From positions 1 to 52,700 of the forward strand of contig CAYLYJ010000003.1 in the NCBI GenBank assembly GCA_964388185.1: a DNA stretch of 52,700 bases. The letters are read 5' to 3'. Position 1 is the first letter of the stretch. Every line of letters starts with the position of its first letter. A program made the translations under genes and the position numbers. The DNA comes from an uncultured Coriobacteriaceae bacterium. GTDB taxonomy: Bacteria; Actinomycetota; Coriobacteriia; Coriobacteriales; QAMH01. The notes beneath the pieces were generated by a model. It was not told where the DNA came from and did not search any database. It saw nothing but the letters and a program-made list of their open reading frames with translations. Positions 37,286 to 46,797 of this stretch are shown here, piece by piece.

Positions 37286-38485
37286 CTATACCCGCTGCAA
37301 GACCACCGCGAAGTGGCCGTCGGGACCACCGAGCGTGGGAAGCGTCGCGAACGAGTCCTCGCCGACACGCCATTCGCCTTGCGGCTGCGTTGCGAGAAAA
37401 TCATCGACAACCTGCTGGTTTTCCTCGTCGAGGATACTGCAGGTCGCGTAGACGAGCGTTCCGCCCGGGGCCACGTGGCGCGCGGCCTCGTCGAGCAGCA
37501 CACGCTGCAGAGCCGCGAGCTCGGTGACATCGGCTGGCATGAGCTTCCAACGAATCTCGGGATGGCGGCGCATGGTGCCCGTTCCCGAGCACGGCGCGTC
37601 GAGCAGCACGGCATCGTAGTGCGGCAACACCCCGTCGATCGCATCAAGCGCGCATGCGTTGCCCGCAAGCGACACGACGTCCTCGATACCCGCCTGTCGC
37701 ATGCGCTCGGCGTGCAGCTGCGTGCGATACTCGTGCAACTCGACAGCATGGATCGGAACCGTGTGCCCCAACGTCTCGAGCGCGCGGCTCTCGAGCAACA
37801 TCGTCTTGGTGCCCCTTCCCGCCCCTATCTCGAGTATCGTGCCATCAAACGGCACGAGACCAGCCACGCGCTGGGCCGAGAGATCACAGGCAAAGGGGTT
37901 GTCCGGGTCAAACGGGTTATCTCGCAGGTAGCGCGGCGCCGGATGCAAGTCCGCCTCCATTATCGTCGTGGCAACATCGCGCCCGTACTCGTCGGCCAAG
38001 CGCACGGCGAGCCATTCGGGCATGCCGAAGGAACGCGCCCAAGCGGCATCGTCCGTGGCCATGTCACCCCAGGGGAAGTCGCGCGCGTCGAAAGCCATCT
38101 TGCGCAGCACGGCGTTAGCAAGCCCCGCCGCACGTGGTGCCACGGAGCGCACGAGCTCAACGCCCTGGTCCACGACCACATGCTCGGGCTTGCGCAGAAA
38201 CAGCATTTCATAGGCCGATATGCGTAGCGCATCACGCACCTTGGGCTTGACGTCGCGTGGTGAAGAGAGCGAGCGATCAATGGCCTCGTCGAGCGTACCA
38301 CGGCACATCGTCACGCCGAAGGCCAGCACCTGGGCGAAATCGAATTCCTCGGCGGGAAGTTTCGTCGTCTCCCGCGCGGAGGCCACGAGCTCGCGTAGGT
38401 AGGCATCGCGCTCGCGAACCTCCCGGGCGAGCCTGAGGGCGAATAGGCGAGCAAGTGTCGCCTTGGACGCACGTGCCTTAGCCAT
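37286..38485 (-). CDS. rsmB: RsmB/Sun-family m5C RNA methyltransferase with N-terminal NusB-like domain
   Basis: NusB-like N-terminus (ALRISAYEML, GLANAVLR), DAPCSGTG..RRHPE and VYATCS...EEN; follows def-fmt. Confidence 0.88.
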   Translation of the reverse strand: MAKARASKATLARLFALRLAREVRERDAYLRELVASARETTKLPAEEFDFAQVLAFGVTMCRGTLDEAIDRSLSSPRDVKPKVRDALRISAYEMLFLRKPEHVVVDQGVELVRSVAPRAAGLANAVLRKMAFDARDFPWGDMATDDAAWARSFGMPEWLAVRLADEYGRDVATTIMEADLHPAPRYLRDNPFDPDNPFACDLSAQRVAGLVPFDGTILEIGAGRGTKTMLLESRALETLGHTVPIHAVELHEYRTQLHAERMRQAGIEDVVSLAGNACALDAIDGVLPHYDAVLLDAPCSGTGTMRRHPEIRWKLMPADVTELAALQRVLLDEAARHVAPGGTLVYATCSILDEENQQVVDDFLATQPQGEWRVGEDSFATLPTLGGPDGHFAVVLQRV

Positions 38486-39437
38486 AGACGGGCAGCTTGT
38501 GATAGTACTCGGGCAAGACGCCCCAGGTCAGATCATCGGAGCCATGCAAGCCGGCAATCCATGCCTGGGCAGACATGACGCGCTTGTTTTCGGGCTTGAC
38601 CTCGTCTATCTCGACGGCACGACCCTTGAGGCCGAGGTAGATGTGCTTCTTCTCGAGCACGACCTCACCACGCTCCAAGATGATGTCTGCCGGATGGGCG
38701 CGCAGGATGGTGACCCTACGGCCACAGATGACGCAACGTGACGGCGTACGATGGGAGGATGCCTGCACACGGCGCAGAAACTCGGCGTTGGTGAGGCCGG
38801 GACGCAAAAGCGTCTCGTCTTTGCTGACCTTCTCGGCGTACGTCACGAGCTCGGCGTCTTGGTCGAACCACTCGTAGGTGCCCGCCTCAATCTGCGGAAG
38901 TGCCTCGAGCAGACCATCGGCACCGATTTCGGCAAGCTCGTGCAACAATTCCTCGGTCGTCTTGTGTGCAATCTCGACTGCACCGAGCGTATGGTAGGCA
39001 CCCGTGTCGAGTCCCTCCTCCATCTGCATGAGACAGACGCCCGCAAGCTCGTCGCCATTGAGGATCGCGCGTTGGACGGGTGCGGCGCCGCGCCAGCGAG
39101 GAAGCAGGGAGCCGTGGATGTTCAGGCAGCCAAAACGCGGGATATCGAGAACCCCACATGTGAGCAATGCGCCGAACGCCGCGACGATGATGACATCGGG
39201 AGCAAGCGAGGCCAGATGCTCGACGACACCGCTCTCGCGCAGCGAGTAGGGTGTGAAGACCGGCAGGCCAAGCTCCTCGGCACGCATCTTGACACGCGTG
39301 GGCTGCATCTTGTTACCACGACCGGCATGCGCATCGGGACGCGTGTAGACGGCACTGATGACGTGGTCGGGCGATGCCGCGAGCTTGTCGAGGGCGGGCA
39401 GGGCGAAGGAGGGAGAGCCCATGAAGACGATATTCAT
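38478..39437 (-). CDS. fmt: Methionyl-tRNA formyltransferase
   Basis: IVFMGSP.FA, NIHGSLLPRWRGAAP and MEEGLDTG. Start at MNIVF after GGAGG. Confidence 0.96.
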   Translation of the reverse strand: MNIVFMGSPSFALPALDKLAASPDHVISAVYTRPDAHAGRGNKMQPTRVKMRAEELGLPVFTPYSLRESGVVEHLASLAPDVIIVAAFGALLTCGVLDIPRFGCLNIHGSLLPRWRGAAPVQRAILNGDELAGVCLMQMEEGLDTGAYHTLGAVEIAHKTTEELLHELAEIGADGLLEALPQIEAGTYEWFDQDAELVTYAEKVSKDETLLRPGLTNAEFLRRVQASSHRTPSRCVICGRRVTILRAHPADIILERGEVVLEKKHIYLGLKGRAVEIDEVKPENKRVMSAQAWIAGLHGSDDLTWGVLPEYYHKLPVYG

Positions 39438-39484
39438 TGTGCATCCACCTCCATCAGCGGTCGTGGCTCGAGAGGCGAGCTCTT

Positions 39485-40003
39485 TTACTGGCCGGTTGCG
39501 GCGCGGTATTCCCTGAGCGCCTTGAGACGGGCGATGGGGTCGGCACGTTCGATGAGCGTCACGCCGTCCAGGTGGTCCATCTCGTGTTGCATACAGATTC
39601 CGAAGAGATCCTCGCCGTAATGTTCGACCTCGTTGAAGTCGGCATCCAGGCACTTGACCCTCACCCACTCCCAGCGCTTCACGTTAACGGAAAGGCCGGG
39701 GAGCGAAAGGCAGCCCTCGGTCGAGGGAATCTTCGTCTCGGAATGCTCGATGATCTCGGGATTGATGAGCACGAGGGGGCGGCTGGGCAGAAGCTCGCCG
39801 TCCTCGTCTTCGGTCACGTAATCGGTGTCGATGACGACCATGCGCTTGAGCAGGCCGACCTGTGGCCCGGCAAGACCAACGCCGTCCGACCCATACATCT
39901 CCTTGAACATGTTATCGACATAGCGCAGCACGGTCTCGTCACCGGGCTCGACCGGCTCACAGACCTCGTGCAGCACGGGATCGGGAAATGTGTAAACCTG
40001 CAT
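39485..40003 (-). CDS. def: Peptide deformylase
   Basis: GVGLAGPQVG, EGCLS and QHEMDHLDG. Confidence 0.97.
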   Translation of the reverse strand: MQVYTFPDPVLHEVCEPVEPGDETVLRYVDNMFKEMYGSDGVGLAGPQVGLLKRMVVIDTDYVTEDEDGELLPSRPLVLINPEIIEHSETKIPSTEGCLSLPGLSVNVKRWEWVRVKCLDADFNEVEHYGEDLFGICMQHEMDHLDGVTLIERADPIARLKALREYRAATGQ

Positions 40004-40062
40004 GCTTCGCCTCGCTTCCGAAAAAACGAACCGCCCTAGTTTAGCAGATGGCGCAAGGCATG

Positions 40063-41400
40063 CTACAGGTTTTGCTGAGCGCGCAAGGCACTCTCCTGGC
40101 TCATGCCCATCGTAGAGAAGCGCTTCTTCATGAACTCGTCGTCATAATGCTCGTCGAACCAGACCTGTACCTCGTTTTCGACGGGCAATCCGGCCTCGCG
40201 CTGCGACCAGCAATCGAGCGCAAGTAGGGTCATGATCGCGTTGACTACCATGAAGGTGAAGAAGATGACCGTGATCGTCGCACGCCACTTGAGAGGAATG
40301 ATATCGACGACCTGCATGACACCGGGCAAAAGTATGCGAATCCACACCAGTCCGCACAGGCCCCATGCGCACGCGTGAGCGAAATCGGTCCTGCCGTCGA
40401 TGGAGAGGAAGGTGCCGGAGTAGTCCCAGGCAACCACGCCAAAGGCAGTCTGCATGTACCAGGAGACGAAGAACTCGAACGCGGCCCCGATAAAGCCGGA
40501 GACGACGAAGATGAACAGGGCGTTGCGGTACCACATGCGATTGAGCGCGATGGTCATGAGCAGGGCGCCAAAACCGTAAATCGGCGAGAACGGTCCCCAT
40601 AGCAGGCCCGCGCGACTTTCCCAGACGTGATTGACGAGCAGGCAGAAGACCATTTCCATGCACAGGCCCAGAACACTTGCCGTCATGAAAATCCAGAACA
40701 AATTGAAGAAGTTGAGCGGGATGTAGCCGCGACGGTCCGGGTCGCGCTCGTAGACCTTCTTACGCGCTTCCTTGCCATCCTTGAAGGGATTCTTGAATGC
40801 CGGCGCACGATCGAGGTTCGGGTCGTTGTAAATCTGATAGGCGACCGCACAGATGAACTGAAACACGTAGGTGATTTCAAGCCAGACGACGCCGTTGAGG
40901 GCGACGCTTGTGAGCAACCCGGCCAAAAGCAGGACGACGAGCACGCGCAGGAGCATACGCGCCTCGAATATCCTGCCCTTGCGGTCGAGATAGATGAGAA
41001 CGATGAGCCCCGCGAAGTTGAGCGCGGCGAGAAAACCGTAGACGATGGCGACGATGCCATAACTGTTGACCGTGCCGGTGAATAGCTCTGTCAGGTGTCC
41101 CCAACTCAGAACGCATTGCGAAATGACCTGTAGAACGGAAATGCAGAGCGAGGCGATGATGAGCACTGCGATGATGCGGTTTGCCTTGGGAATGGCCGAA
41201 GGGGGCACCGTCTCGTGCAGCTCCTCGCCAAAATGCTCCACCGAATGTTCGACGCGTTCGACGGAATCTTCCACGTGCCTTTCGGCATCTTCCCTTACTT
41301 CCCTGATGACGCGCTCGGCTTTGCGCTCTGTGCGGGCAAAGGCGTTGGGGCGCACGGTCAGCGGAATCTGCTTGCGTTTGTCGTTCTTTCTATCGGCCAC
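40063..41400 (-). CDS. Multi-pass membrane protein, putative ABC transporter permease (CmpB-like C-terminal domain)
   Basis: FWIFM.AS.LG..ME, RAGLLWGPFSPIYGFG and WDYS...IDGR; extra N-terminal TM block. GTG start with GGAGG RBS. Confidence 0.75.
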   Translation of the reverse strand: MADRKNDKRKQIPLTVRPNAFARTERKAERVIREVREDAERHVEDSVERVEHSVEHFGEELHETVPPSAIPKANRIIAVLIIASLCISVLQVISQCVLSWGHLTELFTGTVNSYGIVAIVYGFLAALNFAGLIVLIYLDRKGRIFEARMLLRVLVVLLLAGLLTSVALNGVVWLEITYVFQFICAVAYQIYNDPNLDRAPAFKNPFKDGKEARKKVYERDPDRRGYIPLNFFNLFWIFMTASVLGLCMEMVFCLLVNHVWESRAGLLWGPFSPIYGFGALLMTIALNRMWYRNALFIFVVSGFIGAAFEFFVSWYMQTAFGVVAWDYSGTFLSIDGRTDFAHACAWGLCGLVWIRILLPGVMQVVDIIPLKWRATITVIFFTFMVVNAIMTLLALDCWSQREAGLPVENEVQVWFDEHYDDEFMKKRFSTMGMSQESALRAQQNL

Positions 41401-41453
41401 GTGTCATGCTCCTCCCATGCGTGATGGCGCATGCAGAGCAGGACATGCCTGCG

Positions 41454-42227
41454 CTACACCTGCATCTTGAAGACGTTGATTAGCATCTCGTTGAATTCAT
41501 CAGGATAATCGATATCACGCTCCGTTACTACGCCATCTTTGGTTTCTTTGAGATGATACATAGAGAGCGTGATGCGCCCCTCCATGCCATCGATGCACAC
41601 GAGCGGACCCTTGAGGAAACGCGACGAGGGATCAGTCTCGAAGTAGAAACGACGGGAATCGAAATCCCCCGGCTCGTAGCATATGTTGCGGAAGGCGAAC
41701 ATGAACGACTCGGCACCGTCGACAATGCGCATGATGTGATACCACGCCTCGCCGTCAACGTCGACTTCGTCGATGCGGTACTGGCAACGCCCATCTTCCT
41801 GAACGATACCCGGCGTGAAGCGAATGGGCGCAGCTATGTTATAGGCAAAGCCGACATCGGTAATCCAGGGATCGGACGCGTAATCATCGGGATCGGTCAC
41901 CATGAGAAAGACGTGATCGAACTCGTTCCCATCATCGTAGATGCGGCCGCCCCTGAGCTCGAGGTCGAAGCCAAGGGCATGCAGGGCCGCGGCGTAGAGG
42001 AAGTTGAGCTCGTAGCAGGTGCCACCGCGCTTGCGGCGCACGATCTTGTCGAAGAGGGCCTCTTCGCTCAGGTCAAGTGGCGTCTTGCCCGCAAGAATGT
42101 CGAGGTTCTCAAAGGGGACTGTCTCGAGATGAGCACGCTGCATCATGCCGATGCCCTCGATATCGTGCGAGGGTTCTTCCGCAAGTCCGATGCGATCGAG
42201 ATACGCGACAAGCTGCTGTCGATCCAT
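41454..42227 (-). CDS. Arylamine N-acetyltransferase family protein
   Basis: YLDRIG, VPFENLD, RGGTCYELN (Cys), DHVFL (His) and DVGF (Asp) catalytic triad. Confidence 0.92.
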   Translation of the reverse strand: MDRQQLVAYLDRIGLAEEPSHDIEGIGMMQRAHLETVPFENLDILAGKTPLDLSEEALFDKIVRRKRGGTCYELNFLYAAALHALGFDLELRGGRIYDDGNEFDHVFLMVTDPDDYASDPWITDVGFAYNIAAPIRFTPGIVQEDGRCQYRIDEVDVDGEAWYHIMRIVDGAESFMFAFRNICYEPGDFDSRRFYFETDPSSRFLKGPLVCIDGMEGRITLSMYHLKETKDGVVTERDIDYPDEFNEMLINVFKMQV

Positions 42228-42259
42228 GAGTCTCCTCGGCTATCGTTGACTCAATATCA

Positions 42260-42290
42260 AAAGGTCAGCGGCAAGTTGTCGCTGACCTTT
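42260..42290 (-). terminator. Intrinsic terminator after tRNA-Arg
   Basis: AAAGGTCAGCG-N9-CGCTGACCTTT hairpin with a T-rich tail on the minus strand. Confidence 0.75.
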
Positions 42291-42298
42291 GCGTTTCA

Positions 42299-42374
42299 TG
42301 GTGGCCCCGATACGATTCGAACGTACGACACCCGCTTTAGGAGAGCGGTGCTCTATCCCCTGAGCTACGGAGCC
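42299..42374 (-). tRNA. tRNA-Arg (anticodon CCT), CCA encoded
   Basis: GGCTCCG acceptor stem, D arm GCTCAGGGGATAGAGC, anticodon arm CCGCT-CTCCTAA-AGCGG, TTCGAAT loop and 3' ACCA. Extended -10 TGcTAGAAT at 42385-42393. Confidence 0.96.
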
Positions 42375-42445
42375 AGCTCGCAGTATTCTAGCAGAGCAGA
42401 CGATGAGTGGAATAAGACAAATGCCGCCAGGTAATTATTGTCTTG

Positions 42446-43132
42446 TCACTCCACTGAGTGCACGGTGAGGACATCACCGTTGACGGAGAAGCGCACGGCC
42501 CAGGTTCTGTAGCGCATCTCGTAGACGCGCTCGGAATCATCATGATAGGCAGGACGCGGATCACGGGCCAGGGCGGCGAGTACGGCCGTAGTGTCATCCC
42601 CCAGGCGCTCCAAAATCTCGTCATCGCAATCGACGATGAGCACGCCCTCGTCGGGATCAGACGCAAAGCCACCCGATGCATCCGGATGCGCATCGGCATA
42701 AGGCAGGTAGGGCTTGATATCGTAAATGGGCGTCTTGTCTAGTAAGTCGATGCCACTCACGTTCAGGACAGTACCCTTGCCCTTCGTCTTCTCCACGCCC
42801 TCAAGCTTGACGACGGAAAGCCCGAGTTCGTTGGGCCTGAAGGGCGAGCGTGTCGCGAAGACGCCACGCTTCTCATTGCCACCCAAGCGCGGAGGCCGCA
42901 CGAGCGGCGAGAACTCGCCTGCCTCGACATCGGAGAATCCCCAGATCAACCAGAGGTGGCTAAATCCCTCGATGCCACGCAGGGCATCGGGATCGCGGTA
43001 CTTGGGCTCGAAGACGATGGTACCCTCCGCCTCGGCGACCAGGCCGCTTTGCCGCGGAATCCCAAACTTCTCGGGAAACGGCGTGCGAATGTGCGCGATG
43101 GGCTCGATCTCGTATGTCTCGTCTCTTGTCAT
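42446..43132 (-). CDS. trmO: tRNA m6t6A37 methyltransferase TrmO (TsaA)
   Basis: EKFGIPRQSG, VRPPRLGGN..RGVFATRSPFRPN, DIKPY and DPRPAY. Start at MTRDE; the ORF track extends to 43210. Confidence 0.93.
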   Translation of the reverse strand: MTRDETYEIEPIAHIRTPFPEKFGIPRQSGLVAEAEGTIVFEPKYRDPDALRGIEGFSHLWLIWGFSDVEAGEFSPLVRPPRLGGNEKRGVFATRSPFRPNELGLSVVKLEGVEKTKGKGTVLNVSGIDLLDKTPIYDIKPYLPYADAHPDASGGFASDPDEGVLIVDCDDEILERLGDDTTAVLAALARDPRPAYHDDSERVYEMRYRTWAVRFSVNGDVLTVHSVE

Positions 43133-43245
43133 TACCGTTCCCTCGAATTCGGGTAGGACGTGCCACGCATTCGGGCTTGCTTTCGCGCCCGCTTCGCATG
43201 AATCGCTCATCTGCTCAAGATGCCCGATGCGAGGCGTATCCTCCC

Positions 43246-44334
43246 CTATAACGTCTCAATTAGCGCGAATAGCTCGTCGACGATGGAATCGGCGGGCACG
43301 CGGCGCAGCTTCTCACCATGTGCAAAGAGCAGGCCCTCGTCGCGACCACAGGCAACGCCCACGTCCGCGAAGCGCGCCTCGCCCGGGCCGTTGACAACGC
43401 AGCCCATGACCGCGACCTTGAGCGGCTTGTTAATCATCGCGAGACGACGCGCGACCTCGTCGGCGATGGGAATGAGGTCGACCTGGCAGCGGCTGCACGT
43501 GGGACAGGAGACGATTTCAGGCTTGCAACGGCGCACGTCGACGGCGGAGAGAATGTCGAAGGCCACGGCAATCTCCTCGACGGGATCGGCCGTAAGCGAG
43601 ACGCGCATGGTGTCGCCTATCCCCTCGGCGAGTAGCATGCCGAGTCCCGCAGCCGATTTGACAGTACCCTGGCGCACGCCGCCGGCTTCAGTGACGCCAA
43701 TGTGTAGCGGCACCTCGGGCAAGCTTTGCGAGAGGCTGCGGTACGCATTGACGGTCGTCATGACATCATGCGCCTTGGCAGAGACGACAATGTCCTTGAA
43801 TCCGCGATCCAGAAAATGCTCGACAAAGCCCTCGGCAGAGAGCGCGAGCTTCTCGGCCTGCGGCAAGTCGTCGCGTGCGGCCAGTGCATCCTCGAGCGAG
43901 CCGGCGTTAACACCGATGCGTATGGGAATGCCGGCCTCACCTGCTGTCTCGATGACGGCATCGACCTTGCTCATCGAACCGATATTGCCCGGATTGATGC
44001 GTAGGCCCGCCGCATGCTCGTGGCATGCCCCCATCGCAATCTGATAATCGAAGTGCACGTCGGCAACGACGGGCAGCGGGCTTTGCAGCGCGACCTGGCC
44101 GAAGCGCGTGATCGAAGCGCGATTGGGGATGGCAACGCGCACGATTTCGCATCCTGCCTTGGCCAGACGCTCGATTTGCGCAAGGTTGCCTTCGACGTCA
44201 AGCCACGGCCCGTCCGGACCATCGACCATCGGGACGTTGGTCATCGACTGGACGCTGACGGGGGCCCCTCCCCCAATCGGCACGTTGCCGACATGCACGC
44301 GATGCGTCGCGTTGCGCGGCGTTTCAAAGTCCAT
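43246..44334 (-). CDS. ispG: 4-hydroxy-3-methylbut-2-en-1-yl diphosphate synthase
   Basis: VQSMTN, ADVHF, RINPGN, RIGVNAGSL, HIGVTEAG, GDTMRVSL, CPTCSR and MGCVVNGPGE. Confidence 0.97.
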   Translation of the reverse strand: MDFETPRNATHRVHVGNVPIGGGAPVSVQSMTNVPMVDGPDGPWLDVEGNLAQIERLAKAGCEIVRVAIPNRASITRFGQVALQSPLPVVADVHFDYQIAMGACHEHAAGLRINPGNIGSMSKVDAVIETAGEAGIPIRIGVNAGSLEDALAARDDLPQAEKLALSAEGFVEHFLDRGFKDIVVSAKAHDVMTTVNAYRSLSQSLPEVPLHIGVTEAGGVRQGTVKSAAGLGMLLAEGIGDTMRVSLTADPVEEIAVAFDILSAVDVRRCKPEIVSCPTCSRCQVDLIPIADEVARRLAMINKPLKVAVMGCVVNGPGEARFADVGVACGRDEGLLFAHGEKLRRVPADSIVDELFALIETL

Positions 44335-44337
44335 GCG

Positions 44338-45621
44338 CTATCCCTTCAAGAAGAAGTTGACGATGTCCTGACGCAACAGGAAGACGAACAGGACGAGCAG
44401 CAACGCGATGACGACGAAGGTGATCGCGTTGACGACGCGTGCGGGTACCGCACGATGCGTGACGCGTTGGATGACCTCGATAAGGATGCGCCCACCGTCA
44501 AGGGGCGGCAGAGGAAGCAGGTTCACGACGGCCAGGGAGAGCGAGACGATCGCGATGATGTAGAGCAACGGCACGATTCCCGCCGATGCGGCTCGCTCGC
44601 TCATGACAGCGATGCCGACGACAGAGGTCGATTGACTTAGGGTATCGGCCGCCGTGGCGGGATTGAAGAGATTGAGATAGCCCTGCACGGTAAGCGCGAG
44701 ATAATCCCATGATGCACCTAGTGCCTCCCAGACGGGCAGGTGGTATCGCTCCTGTCCGGCGTATATGCCAAGTCTGGGCGATCCGTCCTCGCCCATGCCG
44801 ACGACAATCGTCGTGCTCGTCGCCTGTCCTTCACGCTCGTAGACGACGTCAACCGCCTCGCCCGGCTCGAGCCCGGCAATGGCCGTCGAAAGCGCTTGCC
44901 AATCAGGAACGTCGGTACCGTCGATCGCGACAATCGTGTCACCAGCTTGCAGGCCCGCCTCGAAAGCCGGGCCATCTGCCACGACGTTGCTAATCGTTGT
45001 CGTGGCGACGGTGAGACCGATGCCGCAGAAAATCACGAGCAACAGCACGAACGCGAGCAAGACGTTCATGAGCGGACCGGCAAAGAGCGTTATCAGACGC
45101 TTGGGAAACGACAGTGCGCGATAGGTGTGCGAGCGCTCTTCATCGAGCAAAGCATGTGGGTCATCAACCTCACGTGCCTGCCCGAGCTCGTAACCGTCTC
45201 GTGCCGGTGCGGAATACGTGTCGTCAGGACCGTGCTTTTTGGGTGCGACGATGGAACCCCACCCGTCGAGTATGACGAGCGCAAGCTCGGCAGACTCCGC
45301 ATCGAGATCGCAGCCGAGCGCCACGTGCGCAACGTCAGCCGTACCATGTCGGTACACGTAGGCAAGCACGCTGGCCAGATTGGGATCCTCGATATCGCCT
45401 TCCATGCCGGCGATGCGGTTATAGCCGCCCAACGGAATGCAAGTGACGCCGTAGCGGCATCCGTTTCTCTCGAAGCCGATGTTGGGACCGGGCATGCCAA
45501 TCATGAACTCGGTCACGCGCACGCCAAAGGCACGCGCGGCGATGAAGTGCCCCAGTTCGTGCACGAGCGTGAGCACGCCGATGATAACGATGAACCAGAA
45601 TATGATCGCGAGCACGTTCAC
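44338..45621 (-). CDS. rseP: RseP-like site-2 (M50) metalloprotease with PDZ domain
   Basis: HELGH, IPLGGY, AGPLMN, PDZ (GPAFEAGLQAGD) and NLLPLPPLDGG. GTG start after the dxr stop. Confidence 0.92.
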   Translation of the reverse strand: MNVLAIIFWFIVIIGVLTLVHELGHFIAARAFGVRVTEFMIGMPGPNIGFERNGCRYGVTCIPLGGYNRIAGMEGDIEDPNLASVLAYVYRHGTADVAHVALGCDLDAESAELALVILDGWGSIVAPKKHGPDDTYSAPARDGYELGQAREVDDPHALLDEERSHTYRALSFPKRLITLFAGPLMNVLLAFVLLLVIFCGIGLTVATTTISNVVADGPAFEAGLQAGDTIVAIDGTDVPDWQALSTAIAGLEPGEAVDVVYEREGQATSTTIVVGMGEDGSPRLGIYAGQERYHLPVWEALGASWDYLALTVQGYLNLFNPATAADTLSQSTSVVGIAVMSERAASAGIVPLLYIIAIVSLSLAVVNLLPLPPLDGGRILIEVIQRVTHRAVPARVVNAITFVVIALLLVLFVFLLRQDIVNFFLKG

Positions 45622-45629
45622 GAGGCGGA

Positions 45630-46784
45630 CTATCCCCTCGTCAGGATGCCGGACGCGAGTGCACGGGAGCGTGCGTCGATATCCTCGAGCTGCTCGAGCG
45701 ATTCGACCGGCTCGCTTCCCATCTGCTCCATAACCTGCTCGACGACCGCGTCGATATCGGTCAGGCGACAGGCATCCGCTAGGAAGGCCGCCACGGCGAC
45801 CTCGTTTGCCGCGTTCATCACGCAGGGAAGCGTGTCGCCCGCACGCCCTGCCTCGAGCGCGAGCGCCAGGCAGCGGAAGGTCTCCAGGTCCGGATCGAGG
45901 AACTCGAGTGACGCCATACGAGTGAAATCGGCTTGTGCTGCGGGGCTCTCCCACCTATGCGGGTAACTCAACGCGAACTGGATGGGTATGCGCATGTCGG
46001 CAACGCCCAGGTGCGCCTTGACCGACCCATCGACATACTCGACCATCGAATGCACGCAAGACTGCGGATGCACGACGACGCGTATGTCGTCCGTCTTCAC
46101 ATCGAAGAGGTGCTGTGCCTCGATAACCTCGAGGCCCTTGTTCATGAGCGTCGCCGAATCGATGGTGATCTTTGGCCCCATGTTCCACGTGGGGTGCGCA
46201 AGTGCCTGACCCGCGGTGACCTCCGCGAGCTGTCCGCGCGTCATGCCGCGGAAAGGACCGCCCGAGCAGGTGAGCCAGATCCTGCGTGCTTCGTTGGGAA
46301 ATTCCCCCAGATAGCACTGGTAGATTGCGGAATGTTCGGAATCAACAGGAAGCAGGGTCTCGTGCGTTGCAAGCGGCATGATGAGGTCGCCACCCACGAC
46401 GAGCGACTCCTTGTTGGCGAGCGCGAGGGTTCGGCCAGCTTTGAGAGTGTCATAGGAGGCACGCATGCCCGCCTCACCCGAAAGCGCGTTGAGGACGACG
46501 TCCACGTCATCGAGCTGCGTGAGCGCGGCGACCGCGGCCGAGCCAAAACCTACATGTACGTCGGCATCAAGCTGCGCAAGCGCTGTCGCGTCACGTACGC
46601 CTTCATCGCCAAAGGCCAGATGCTTGCAGCCAAACTCGCGTGCGAAGGCCACGGCCTCGTCCACGCGTCGGCCTGCCGCAAGCGCGACGACCTCGACCTT
46701 GTCGGCGTGCATGCGCACGACATCGAGTGCTTGCGTTCCAATGGAACCAGTAGCGCCTAGAATAACAAGACGCATCGTATCCAT
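45630..46784 (-). CDS. dxr: 1-deoxy-D-xylulose-5-phosphate reductoisomerase
   Basis: LGATGSIG, LANKESLV, PVDSEHSAI, HPTWNMGPKITIDSATLMNKGLE and NAANEVAV. Confidence 0.97.
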   Translation of the reverse strand: MDTMRLVILGATGSIGTQALDVVRMHADKVEVVALAAGRRVDEAVAFAREFGCKHLAFGDEGVRDATALAQLDADVHVGFGSAAVAALTQLDDVDVVLNALSGEAGMRASYDTLKAGRTLALANKESLVVGGDLIMPLATHETLLPVDSEHSAIYQCYLGEFPNEARRIWLTCSGGPFRGMTRGQLAEVTAGQALAHPTWNMGPKITIDSATLMNKGLEVIEAQHLFDVKTDDIRVVVHPQSCVHSMVEYVDGSVKAHLGVADMRIPIQFALSYPHRWESPAAQADFTRMASLEFLDPDLETFRCLALALEAGRAGDTLPCVMNAANEVAVAAFLADACRLTDIDAVVEQVMEQMGSEPVESLEQLEDIDARSRALASGILTRG

Positions 46785-46797
46785 GAGCTTTCCTTTC

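Noticed and set aside
41215-41290. VEDSVER/VEHSVEH heptad repeat in the CmpB-like protein
   Set aside because: Two degenerate units in a low-complexity helical N-terminus; not a meaningful repeat array.
40004-42299. Possible tRNA-Arg-integrated island (NAT + CmpB-like gene)
   Set aside because: No duplicated tRNA 3' end, no integrase and no clear compositional shift.
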